A stretch of DNA of 64,000 nucleotides from assembly GCA_029265435.1 (NCBI GenBank), contig JAJUJH010000002.1:5361-69360 (forward strand), read 5' to 3'. The DNA is from Clostridiales bacterium. Lineage in GTDB: Bacteria; Bacillota; Clostridia; Christensenellales; SZUA-584. Under the pieces are notes generated by a model. The model did no database searches, was not told the DNA's origin, and saw only the letters and a program-made list of their open reading frames with translations. Numbering within the stretch: position 1 is the stretch's first letter; every line of letters begins with the position of its first letter. Positions 54,856 to 63,654 of this stretch are shown in pieces. Both the position numbers and the translations under genes were made by a program.

Positions 54856-56094
54856 ACTGTTTCCTTCCGCTCCGCAGAAATCCATGCAAAGGATATAGCG
54901 TTTGTTGTCAGCGCCTTTAAATGTTTCGGCAAAAGTCACACACAGGCTGCCAGTGGCAAGCGAAACGTAAGGTTCGGATATATATTTGCCGCGTTTGCCG
55001 TGGGCAATCTGACAATAGTAGCTTTTCATCGAATGATCGGCGCCATGCCTTGCCGAATAAAAAATCAGGTTTTCGCGCGTTTTGTTTCTGCCCGCGCCGA
55101 ACACGGTATCGCTGCACTGCAAGCCGCAATCGTCAAGCACATACGCACACTCAACCTCGGTATGTCTGCCCACGATATTTCGCAGGCTTTTGTCAAAATC
55201 CTTTTGGCCGGACAGCTCCGCAAGCGCTTTTCTCGCAATTGCCGCAATTTCACTGGATATCCGCCGCTCCTGCCTCACCGTTTTTGCCGCGAACTGCTTA
55301 TAAGCCTCGGCAAAATCGGCCAGCCGGCCGTTGGCAAAGGGTTTTTCCGAAAGCGGCGCGGGCCTGGAAAAATAAAAACCCTGAATCATGTTGACGCCGA
55401 GGCGCAGCGTTTCCATCGCCTCTTCCTGCGTCTCGACGCCCTCGGCCACCACCATCGCACCGATCTGCGTCGCCAGCCTGATCAGCGATTTGACGACCTC
55501 GCGCTTGTAGTGATTGTCTTGTATGCGGCGTATCAGCGATATGTCCACTTTGATAATATCCGGCTTGACAATGGGAATACGGTCAAGATTGGAAAAACCC
55601 GCGCCCACGTCGTCAAGCGCGATCAAGAAACCGGCTGTCCGGTATCTTTCCATGAACGATTTTAGTCTGTCTTTATCAAGCACCTTGGTTTCGTTGATTT
55701 CGACCACAATGTTGTTTGGGTTGATTCCGGCTTTTTCGACCTGTTCGAGCAGATAACCGTCGCGGCCGGCAATGTCCAGAACAGACGCATCCAGATTGAT
55801 AAAAAGAAGTTTATCCGTATTCTTTTGATAGATATGTCCGAACGCTTCCAGCACCTTCTCGCGGCAAAGCCTGTCAAGCTCCATCGTCAGTCCTTTTTTT
55901 GCGGCAGCGTCGAAAAGCGCCTTGGGCGGAATGACGGCTCCCCCTTCAAAACCGCGTATCAGCCCCTCCAGCCCGCAAACGGTCTGCCGCGTCATATATA
56001 CAACCTGCTGAAAATGAGCCGTCAAATCTTTATCATGCAGTATCCTCCTGATATCGGGTTCTTTTTTTGCCTGTCCGAATGCCGCAAACCTCAT
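54724..56094 (-). CDS. EAL-domain c-di-GMP phosphodiesterase with a C-terminal soluble Cache/PAS-like sensor module
   Basis: EAL motifs: LEGLIRG, EINETK, ALDDVGAGFSNL, KVDISLIR, AEGVET, QGFYFSRP. C-terminal GADHSMKSYY...YISEPYVSLATGSLCVTFAETF is Cache-like. I see no TM segment. The last roughly 50 aa are low-complexity and lie antisense to the small zinc-ribbon ORF. Confidence 0.85.
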   Translation of the reverse strand: MRFAAFGQAKKEPDIRRILHDKDLTAHFQQVVYMTRQTVCGLEGLIRGFEGGAVIPPKALFDAAAKKGLTMELDRLCREKVLEAFGHIYQKNTDKLLFINLDASVLDIAGRDGYLLEQVEKAGINPNNIVVEINETKVLDKDRLKSFMERYRTAGFLIALDDVGAGFSNLDRIPIVKPDIIKVDISLIRRIQDNHYKREVVKSLIRLATQIGAMVVAEGVETQEEAMETLRLGVNMIQGFYFSRPAPLSEKPFANGRLADFAEAYKQFAAKTVRQERRISSEIAAIARKALAELSGQKDFDKSLRNIVGRHTEVECAYVLDDCGLQCSDTVFGAGRNKTRENLIFYSARHGADHSMKSYYCQIAHGKRGKYISEPYVSLATGSLCVTFAETFKGADNKRYILCMDFCGAEGNSLYPPSAAAILADGICDGSRTSAADQQEKREPADNGDEQKNDIK

Positions 56095-56311
56095 TTTTTT
56101 GTTCCGCCTTTCAAAATAAAAAGCCTTCAAGCAATACCGATGCTACCGGTTTGTTTGAAGGCGTCTTTGCCTGAGATATTCATATCCGCGTCATAAAATT
56201 GCCTAGAACCGGTTATATATAACACGCTCAAGCTCAAATGCAACAAAAAAAATCAGATAGATTCCGCTCGTCCGTTTGCGGCTGCCGGACAGGCGAAAAA
56301 CGAAATCAATC

Positions 56312-56351
56312 AAAAAGCCGGGCGGTCCGTTTCAAACCCTTCCGGCTTTTT
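56312..56351 (-). terminator. Intrinsic (bidirectional-looking) terminator after folT
   Basis: AGCCGG-loop-CCGGCT, flanked by A5 and T5 runs. Confidence 0.65.
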
Positions 56352-56359
56352 CCTCTTTC

Positions 56360-56902
56360 TTATGCCCCGGCCGGCTTCAGCCTTCTGCTCACCATCGGCG
56401 CAAGGCTTTCGATCAGCACCATCAGCAGCCACGAATAAAGCGGCAGCTCCACAGCCGCACCGATGAGTCTCGGGGGCAGCAGCACGGCAAGCGGCACGCC
56501 GTAAAAGAGCCGCACGAGCAGCGTATTGAGCACTACGGAGCATACGGCCTGCGCCGTCAGCGCCGTCAGCGTCGCCTTCCATATGGTATTGTTCTTGCCG
56601 CGAAGATAAAACAGCCCCGCTATCACGCCAAACAGCGCCATCGTCAGCGAGAAAGCCGGATTATAGGCGCCCATCTGCATGCCCATAAAAAAGCCCGCGG
56701 TATCCGCCGCAAATCCGACGATACCGCCGGCCAGCGGCCCGAAAAACACGCCGGCCAGCATAACGGGCAGCGGCGTCAGTGAAATCTCCACCGTTTTAAC
56801 GCCCGTGAAGTTGAGCTCCACCGAGAGAAACGCGCTGAAAACAGCGCCCAGCGCCGCAAGCAGCGCCATGATGATTGTTGTACGAGTGTTGAAATTTTTC
56901 AT
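56360..56902 (-). CDS. folT: ECF transporter S component, folate family
   Basis: About 180-aa, 6-TM S-component-like protein directly downstream of a THF riboswitch. Start ATG 56902 after GGAAGGAGG. Confidence 0.8.
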   Translation of the reverse strand: MKNFNTRTTIIMALLAALGAVFSAFLSVELNFTGVKTVEISLTPLPVMLAGVFFGPLAGGIVGFAADTAGFFMGMQMGAYNPAFSLTMALFGVIAGLFYLRGKNNTIWKATLTALTAQAVCSVVLNTLLVRLFYGVPLAVLLPPRLIGAAVELPLYSWLLMVLIESLAPMVSRRLKPAGA

Positions 56903-56970
56903 ACAAAAAAACCTCCTTCCCTTGAATATAGGCAAAGACACGCCATTAAGAGAAAAAAGGCTTCTCATTA

Positions 56971-57064
56971 GCAGCGGACGCGACCTTGTACCGCAGGCTT
57001 TTCAGCCTTTCGTCCCTGGGCGACATCCCATCCCAAGGCACTTAACGCACAAGATCTACTCTGC
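56971..57064 (-). promoter_or_regulatory. THF (tetrahydrofolate, folT-motif) riboswitch
   Basis: Minus strand reads GCAGAGUAGAUCUUGUGCGUUAAGUGCCUUGGGAUGGGAUGUCGCCCAGGGACGAAAGGCUGAAAAGCCUGCGGUACAAGGUCGCGUCCGCUGC. It shares the AGAGUAGAU...GCGUUAAGUG...AUGGGAUGUCG...ACGAA...CAUCCGCU core with the E. siraeum THF aptamer as I recall it. Confidence 0.88.
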
Positions 57065-57083
57065 ACATATATCAAGTGGCTAC

Positions 57084-57112
57084 ATTATATCAACAGCTCC
57101 GGAACGGTGCAA
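57084..57112 (-). promoter_or_regulatory. Sigma-A promoter of the THF riboswitch-folT unit
   Basis: Minus strand reads TTGCAC, 17 nt, TATAAT. Confidence 0.7.
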
Positions 57113-57215
57113 TAGGCTTCGTTATTTTTTCCCGCCGTTCCCATGCGGCTGCAATATGACAAAATCGTCATGCAAGCCCGCCGTTTTCAAGCTATAATGA
57201 GACAAGGGGGATGCC

Positions 57216-57896
57216 ATGAATACGGTGCTGCTCGTCGAAGACGACAAAACGATTGTGATGGGGCTTGAATACTCGCTCAAACAGGAAGGCTACGGCGTCA
57301 TCGTCTGCTATAACGCGGCGGACGCGATGAAACGCGCGGACGATTCGCGCTTTGATATCGCCATACTCGACCTCGCGCTGCCCGACGGCACCGGCTACGA
57401 TATCTGCCGCCGCATCAAGGCGCGCAGTGACAAGCCGGTTGTGTTTTTGACCGCCTGCGACGACGAAGTCAATGTCGTGATGGGGCTGGATATGGGCGCG
57501 GACGATTATATCACAAAGCCTTTCCGTATACGCGAGCTGATGTCGCGTCTGAGAACGGTGCTGCGCCGTACGGGCGGTGCGGCGGGCAGCCGCGATGAAC
57601 TGTATCTTGGCGATATCACCATCAACACAAAGCAGGCACGCGTGTTTAAAAGCGGCAACGAGGTGCTGCTGACTGCGCTCGAATACCGTCTTTTGCTCAC
57701 ACTGGCGGCTCATCCGGGGCAGCTTTTGACGCGTTCACAGCTTCTTGAAGGCATATGGGATATTGCGGGCGAATTCGTGAGCGACAACACATTGACCGTA
57801 TACATCAAACGCCTGCGCGAAAAAATAGAAACGGACCCGCAGAACCCCGTCCTCATTCAGACCGTGCGCGGCCTTGGCTATAAGGCGGGTGAATAG
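57216..57896 (+). CDS. OmpR-family response regulator (BceR-like)
   Basis: Receiver domain (LLVEDD, ILDLALPDG, K at PVVFLTA) plus a winged-helix output domain (TVRGLGYK). Confidence 0.9.
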   Translation: MNTVLLVEDDKTIVMGLEYSLKQEGYGVIVCYNAADAMKRADDSRFDIAILDLALPDGTGYDICRRIKARSDKPVVFLTACDDEVNVVMGLDMGADDYITKPFRIRELMSRLRTVLRRTGGAAGSRDELYLGDITINTKQARVFKSGNEVLLTALEYRLLLTLAAHPGQLLTRSQLLEGIWDIAGEFVSDNTLTVYIKRLREKIETDPQNPVLIQTVRGLGYKAGE

Positions 57897-57897
57897 C

Positions 57898-58917
57898 ATG
57901 CTGCGCAATACCGAACTGAGGAATTTCGCGCTGCTCTTATCGGCTCTCACAGTATTTTTCTCGGCCTTGGGCTTCGCCGCGGGCACGGCAGCGGGCGTGA
58001 TCGCGCTTTGCGGCTGTCTGGTTTTGTCCTTCTGTTTTACGCTCTTCACATTGCATCGATACAAGCAGATCGCAAACTTGAGCGGTTATCTCAAAAGAAT
58101 CAACAGCGGCGATTATGCGCTCGATGTGCGAGACAATGTGGAGGGCGAACTGTCCATACTCAAAAGCGAGCTTTACAAGGTGACCGTGATGCTTCGTGAG
58201 AACAACAACCAGTTAAAGCGCGACAAAGCGGCGCTGCAAAACGCGCTGTCGGATATCTCCCACCAGCTCAAAACGCCGCTCACATCGATGTTCATGATGA
58301 CCGACCTGCTTTGCGACGGACAGCTTCCCGATGAAAAGCGCCGCGAATTCACGGACCGCCTGCGGCTGCAGCTTGAACGCATTCAATGGCTCGTTTCGTC
58401 GCTTTTAAAGCTCTCGCGTCTGGATGCCAAAACCGTCTCATTCAAGCCCGCCGCCGTATCCGCGAAAACGCTGCTCTCCAAAGCGTGTGCGCCGCTGCTG
58501 ATTCCCATCGAAATCAAAAACCAGTCTCTCAAAATCGACGACGGCGGCATCACCGTCTTCTGCGACGAGAACTGGACGGCGGAGGCGCTCGTCAACATAC
58601 TCAAAAATTGTGTGGAGCATACGCCCGAGGGCGGCGGCCTGACCGTGACATGCACCTCAAATCCTATGTTCACACAAATCACCGTAAAAGACAGCGGGCC
58701 GGGCATCAGCCCTGACGACCTGCCGCATATATTCAGCCGTTTCTACCGCGGCAAGAACGCCTCCGCCGACAGCGTCGGCATCGGTCTCGCGATGGCCTAT
58801 GCCATCGTTACGGAGCAGGGAGGCTCTATCGACGCGTCCAATCATCCGCAGGGCGGCAGCGTATTCACGCTGCGTTTTCCGCAGGCACATCGTTCCGCGG
58901 CGCCGTCGGTCCAGTAA
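57898..58917 (+). CDS. Intramembrane-sensing histidine kinase (BceS-like)
   Basis: Two N-terminal TM helices with almost no extracellular loop. H-box SDISHQLKTPLTS. N, G1 and G2 boxes (NILKNCVEHT, DSGPGI, GIGLAMA). Confidence 0.88.
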   Translation: MLRNTELRNFALLLSALTVFFSALGFAAGTAAGVIALCGCLVLSFCFTLFTLHRYKQIANLSGYLKRINSGDYALDVRDNVEGELSILKSELYKVTVMLRENNNQLKRDKAALQNALSDISHQLKTPLTSMFMMTDLLCDGQLPDEKRREFTDRLRLQLERIQWLVSSLLKLSRLDAKTVSFKPAAVSAKTLLSKACAPLLIPIEIKNQSLKIDDGGITVFCDENWTAEALVNILKNCVEHTPEGGGLTVTCTSNPMFTQITVKDSGPGISPDDLPHIFSRFYRGKNASADSVGIGLAMAYAIVTEQGGSIDASNHPQGGSVFTLRFPQAHRSAAPSVQ

Positions 58918-59006
58918 TATGACAAAACCGTCACACGAAACGTCACCGGCGCGTCACCTCCGTCGTTTATCATGGCGGCTGTATAAGAAATAAAGGAGTC
59001 AATGCC

Positions 59007-59690
59007 ATGGAAATTTTAAAGGTTGAAAATTTATGCAAGATATACGGAAGCGGAGATGCCGCCGTCCGCGCGCTCGACAATGTATCGTTCAGCGTGGAAA
59101 AAGGTGAATTCGTCGCGATCGTCGGCTCATCCGGCTCCGGAAAGAGCACGCTGCTTCACATCCTCGGCGGTGTGGACCGCCCCACGTCGGGAAAAGTTTA
59201 TGTGGACAATACGGATATTTACGCGCTTAACGAAACGCGTCTCGCGATATTCCGGCGCCGTCAGGTGGGCCTTATCTACCAGTTCTATAACCTTATACCC
59301 GTTCTGGATGTGGAAGAAAACATGACATTGCCGCTGCTGCTTGACGCGCGCAAGCCAGATAAGAAACAGCTGGACGACCTGTTTTCGATGCTGGGCCTTG
59401 AAGACCGCAAAAAGCACCTCCCGAACCAGCTTTCGGGCGGACAGCAGCAGCGCGTTTCCATCGGCCGCGCGCTGATCAACAATCCCGCTCTGATGCTTGC
59501 CGACGAGCCGACGGGCAATCTCGACAGCAAAAACAGCGCCGAGATCGTGGCGCTGCTGCGCCTCTCCAACAAGCAGTTCAAACAGACGCTGATACTCATC
59601 ACTCACGATATGAACATCGCGCTTCAGGCCGACCGCATCATCCATATTGAAGACGGGCGCATCGTCAAGGACGAGGTGATACGCAAATGA
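59007..59690 (+). CDS. ABC transporter ATP-binding protein (BceA/MacB-type)
   Basis: Walker [10 protein letters not shown], signature LSGGQQQR, Walker [12 protein letters not shown]. Confidence 0.92.
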   Translation: MEILKVENLCKIYGSGDAAVRALDNVSFSVEKGEFVAIVGSSGSGKSTLLHILGGVDRPTSGKVYVDNTDIYALNETRLAIFRRRQVGLIYQFYNLIPVLDVEENMTLPLLLDARKPDKKQLDDLFSMLGLEDRKKHLPNQLSGGQQQRVSIGRALINNPALMLADEPTGNLDSKNSAEIVALLRLSNKQFKQTLILITHDMNIALQADRIIHIEDGRIVKDEVIRK

Positions 59691-62305
59691 ACGTCATCCG
59701 CAGTTTTACGCTCAAAAGCCTTAAGCGCAATAAGAAGCGGACGGCGGTCACCATCATCGGCGTTATCATCTCCACCGCCATGCTGACCGCGGTATCGGTC
59801 TTCTTCTCATCGTTTGTGGACCTGATAAGGCGCGATACCATCGCGTCCGAGGGCAACTGGCATGCCGAAATTACGGATGTGCCGGCCGGCCGGCTTGAGG
59901 CGGTCACAGACGATCCGGGCATTCAATGCGCCGTGCTTTCACGCGATCTCGGCTACGCCGCGCTGACCGGTTCCGTCAACGAGTCAAAACCATATCTGTT
60001 TGTGCGCCAGTACAGCGAAAACGGCTTCAGCCAAATGTCCGTCACGCTGCTTGAGGGGCGTCTGCCTCAAAACGGCAATGAAGTTGTGATATCCGAAACC
60101 ATAGACAACAGCGCGGGTGTTTCGTATCAAATCGGCGATACGCTCGATTTGACGCTTTGCAGCCGCACCACGGCGGAAGGCGAGGAAATACGCGGAAATC
60201 AAAGCGTCAACTATATTTACGACGATAACGGCACGAAGTGTTCGCTTAACGATATGCTCACGCCGCAGTCAAAGGCGCGTTTCACGATCGTGGGCGTCAT
60301 CGCGCGTCCAAGCTTTGAAAAGAGCTGGTCGGCGGGATGCGGCGTGCTCGGCTATCTCGACAAATCGGCGCTTTCGCCTTCCGATACGGTCAACGTGCTG
60401 CTCACGATGAAAACAGTCTCCACGCGCATATATGACACGGTTGCCGGCATCGCGCATAATGCGGGCCTTTCCGAATCCGCCGTCGCGTTCAACGACGAAC
60501 TGCTGCGCTATTACGGCGTGGTCAGCTACGACAATGTGCTCACGTTCATCTATGTGTTCGCGGGCATTATCATCGCGATCATCATTATCGCGTCGGTATC
60601 GCTGATATACAACTCGTTTGCGATATCCGTTTCGGAACGCTCAAGGCAGCTCGGCCTGCTCTCGAGCGTCGGTGCAACAAAGCGCCAAAAACGCGCAAGC
60701 ATGTATGTCGAGGGGGCGTTTATCGGTCTTTTGGGCATTCCCTTGGGTATTCTCGCAGGCATCGGCGGCATGGCGGTCACGCTCAAGGCGATTCAGCCGC
60801 TGCTCGACGGCTTCTTCAATGTCGCCAGCGGCTTGACGCTGGATCTTGTGGTGCCGTTCTGGAGCGTCTGGGTGACCGCCGCGCTCGCGGCGCTGACAAT
60901 ATTCATTTCGGTTTATGTCCCCGCCCGACGCGCATCCAAGATTTCCCCTATCGATGCGATACGGCTCTCTCAGGATATCCGGCTCACGCGGCGGACGGTC
61001 AAAACATCGCGGCTGACCCGCGCGCTGTTCGGATTTGAAGCCACTGTCGCGCTCAAGAACCTGAAACGCAACCGCAAAAAATACCGGTCCACAATCGTGT
61101 CTCTCATCATCAGTATCGTGCTTTTCCTTACCGTGTCGATGTATGCGAGCATGACGCAGATGGTATACAGCGCAACCGCTGAGGGCACAAACTACGATAT
61201 CGTCGTGTCTTTCAGCCAGATTCCCGATTTGCAGCGCCGCGCCGCGGCCAGAGATTTGGCCTCGCTCGACCTTGTCACAGGCCATACGGAGCAGACGGTG
61301 AACTACGGATATATCGACTTACCCGCTTCTTTGCTCGGCGATTCCGCCAAAAAGCTGTATGGTGATACGGAACAGACCGGCTTCGGCGTTGTTCTGACCG
61401 CGCTGGATAAAGAAAGCTTTTCCGATTACTGCGCTTCGGTCGGGGTATCCGATGCGGATTATTCAGACACCGGATCGCCGAAGGCCATTCTCATCAACTA
61501 CGGCCAGGATTATTATCCGGCCGGAGACGGCATGATGAAGATATCGGGGAACGTCCTCAACGCTCAAGCGGGCGTCACGCTGGATTACTATATTGATACC
61601 GAAAACAAAGCAAAAACAGCGGCAATCACGATCAACGCCGTAACGGATCAGCGCCCCATGGGTACGCTGGTCGGCGGTTTCCAAAGCATCACGCTCGTCG
61701 TTTCCGAGGAGGCTTTAAGCGCCATCGCCGCGTCGCTCGGCATTCCGGCAGAAAGCATGAGCCATGCCATATTCCTGTCAACCTCTGACGACCAGAAGCT
61801 CGAAAAGCAGATAAACGAGGTACTGCAAACTCTGCCGTTAGACCTTTACAACGTTTTTAACATACAAAGCGTGAACCGCTCCCAGCAGAACCTCAATACG
61901 TTCCTCGGCGTGTTTGTGTACGGCTTCATCATACTGATCAGCCTTATATGCGTCGCCAACATATTCAACACGGTATCCACCAATATCGCCTTGAGGCGGC
62001 GCGAATTCGCGATGATGCGCAGCGTGGGCATGACGCCGCACGGCTTCAACCGCATGATCCGTTTTGAAAGCATATTCTACGGCCTTAAGGCGCTGCTTTT
62101 CGGACTGCCTGTCAGCGTGCTGATTTCATTCGGCCTTTACCGTCTCCAGCAGGGTGTGCTGATAACCGGCTTTACGCTTCCGTGGAAAAGCTACGCATTT
62201 GCCGTGCTGATGCTGCTCGTGATTGTGTTTTCAACCATGCTCTATTCGACGCACCGCATCAAAAAGGAGAATATCATTGACGCTCTGAAGGATGAGAACC
62301 TGTAA
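59687..62305 (+). CDS. FtsX-family ABC permease with two FtsX modules and a large extracellular domain (BceB-like)
   Basis: 872 aa with two 4-TM FtsX repeats. Overlaps the ATPase gene by 4 nt. Adjacent to a BceRS-like two-component system. Confidence 0.88.
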   Translation: MNVIRSFTLKSLKRNKKRTAVTIIGVIISTAMLTAVSVFFSSFVDLIRRDTIASEGNWHAEITDVPAGRLEAVTDDPGIQCAVLSRDLGYAALTGSVNESKPYLFVRQYSENGFSQMSVTLLEGRLPQNGNEVVISETIDNSAGVSYQIGDTLDLTLCSRTTAEGEEIRGNQSVNYIYDDNGTKCSLNDMLTPQSKARFTIVGVIARPSFEKSWSAGCGVLGYLDKSALSPSDTVNVLLTMKTVSTRIYDTVAGIAHNAGLSESAVAFNDELLRYYGVVSYDNVLTFIYVFAGIIIAIIIIASVSLIYNSFAISVSERSRQLGLLSSVGATKRQKRASMYVEGAFIGLLGIPLGILAGIGGMAVTLKAIQPLLDGFFNVASGLTLDLVVPFWSVWVTAALAALTIFISVYVPARRASKISPIDAIRLSQDIRLTRRTVKTSRLTRALFGFEATVALKNLKRNRKKYRSTIVSLIISIVLFLTVSMYASMTQMVYSATAEGTNYDIVVSFSQIPDLQRRAAARDLASLDLVTGHTEQTVNYGYIDLPASLLGDSAKKLYGDTEQTGFGVVLTALDKESFSDYCASVGVSDADYSDTGSPKAILINYGQDYYPAGDGMMKISGNVLNAQAGVTLDYYIDTENKAKTAAITINAVTDQRPMGTLVGGFQSITLVVSEEALSAIAASLGIPAESMSHAIFLSTSDDQKLEKQINEVLQTLPLDLYNVFNIQSVNRSQQNLNTFLGVFVYGFIILISLICVANIFNTVSTNIALRRREFAMMRSVGMTPHGFNRMIRFESIFYGLKALLFGLPVSVLISFGLYRLQQGVLITGFTLPWKSYAFAVLMLLVIVFSTMLYSTHRIKKENIIDALKDENL

Positions 62306-62361
62306 GAAGCTGCCACCGCTCCTCCGCTGCCGCAAGCGGTGCGGGGGAGCTTCTTTTTTTT
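62306..62361 (+). terminator. Intrinsic terminator after the BceAB-like operon
   Basis: Long hairpin GAAGCTGCC...GGGGAGCTTC, followed by T8. Confidence 0.8.
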
Positions 62362-62441
62362 GCACGGCTGAAGAAAAAATGCCGTTTGTGATATATGCGG
62401 AAGAATTTATGGTATAATCAAAGAAAATGCGGGAGATGCTT

Positions 62442-63632
62442 ATGATATTCGGCGTTAAAAATGTACAAACCGAGCTTGGCGAATTCAGCAGTGAAAAATG
62501 CGTCGCGTGCAAAGACAGCTATACATATCGTTTTATCAAGGCCACACGTTTTCTTGTCGTTTTCTTTATCAACCTGATACCTCTCAGCTCGCGTTACGAA
62601 GCCGTATGCGCAGAGTGTAAGGACACGCTTGCCGTTGATAATAAAACGGGGCGGAAGATTGCGAAGGCGAATTTCAACAAACGCCGCCTCAGGCTGGCCG
62701 TTTTCACGATACTCAAGCCCGCTGTTGCCGCAATCGTTATTGCCGCGGCTGTGGCGCTTCCTTTAACGCTTCGCGGCCTTGATACAAGCCCCGAGGCCAT
62801 CAAGAGCCTCTTTGCAGACAGTGAGGACGGCATATACGGCGTTGAAGACAGCGGCGGCAATATGATTGCCTTCGTACAGGTCGAAAACGGCGTGAATACG
62901 ATCACATTTTACGACGACGTCAGCGTTCTTGTGGGCGAACCCGGCGCCGACGGAAGCTTTAAACTGCATGAATACCGTCAGGAAGCCACGAACGACGCGG
63001 AGCAGCCGGACGGCCTGTTTCTTGTCCGCATACCCGATAATCCCGGCATGCTCGTTGACAGATTCGGCATACCCGTGCGCACCTATTATTATGACAGTGC
63101 GAACGATACCTACGGATATTCGCGCGGCGTGGTCGATCTTTCCTCCATCTCCTATACGGCAGACAAGGTCACTTACCCGTTCCATTATTTCACGTCAAGC
63201 TCGGATGAGCCGACGGAATACGTTTATGTGCTGTATTTTTCGGGCGGCAGGGAGCTGCTTGCCCAGTTCATTCCCAAGCTGCCTACCGGCGAAACCAACC
63301 AGTTCGTATCGCTCACCGTCACCGATATCGTCAACGGGCGCGACCAAACCGTCACGCAATACGATTTTGACGACAACATGAAAAAGATGGCCGTACAGGC
63401 GGGGATCACTCAGGAAAGCAGCGTACAGGACATTCTGGATTTTCTGGAACAGTATTCGCCGGCGCCCTCGTATGTCACAGCATATACCTATTATAAAAAC
63501 ACCAAGGTGCCGAGCGGCATCTCTTACTCGATGCCCGACGCCAACGGAGACATGCAGACCGTCACGCAAGCGCTGACCGTCCAGGAGAAAAACGGCTATT
63601 ACATCGTTCGGGCGGAGAATCAAAGCGAATAG
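62442..63632 (+). CDS. Hypothetical membrane protein: N-terminal CxxC-hydrophobic-CxxC zinc-ribbon module, one TM, about 290-aa extracytoplasmic domain
   Basis: CVACKDS...FLVVFFINLIPL...CAECKDT, then the TM segment AVFTILKPAVAAIVIAAAVALPL, then a Y/T/D-rich, beta-rich domain. GGGAG RBS before ATG 62442. Confidence 0.65.
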   Translation: MIFGVKNVQTELGEFSSEKCVACKDSYTYRFIKATRFLVVFFINLIPLSSRYEAVCAECKDTLAVDNKTGRKIAKANFNKRRLRLAVFTILKPAVAAIVIAAAVALPLTLRGLDTSPEAIKSLFADSEDGIYGVEDSGGNMIAFVQVENGVNTITFYDDVSVLVGEPGADGSFKLHEYRQEATNDAEQPDGLFLVRIPDNPGMLVDRFGIPVRTYYYDSANDTYGYSRGVVDLSSISYTADKVTYPFHYFTSSSDEPTEYVYVLYFSGGRELLAQFIPKLPTGETNQFVSLTVTDIVNGRDQTVTQYDFDDNMKKMAVQAGITQESSVQDILDFLEQYSPAPSYVTAYTYYKNTKVPSGISYSMPDANGDMQTVTQALTVQEKNGYYIVRAENQSE

Positions 63633-63654
63633 ACGGGGCCGCCTATCACCGTTT

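Noticed and set aside
56095-56215. c-di-GMP riboswitch (GEMM-I or GEMM-II) in the leader of the EAL gene
   Set aside because: Only a vague AGGCAAAGACGCC resemblance. The GGCAAACC...ACGCAAAGCC (class I) and ACGCAC...CCGAAAGG (class II) cores are absent. I kept it only as an unclassified attenuator candidate.
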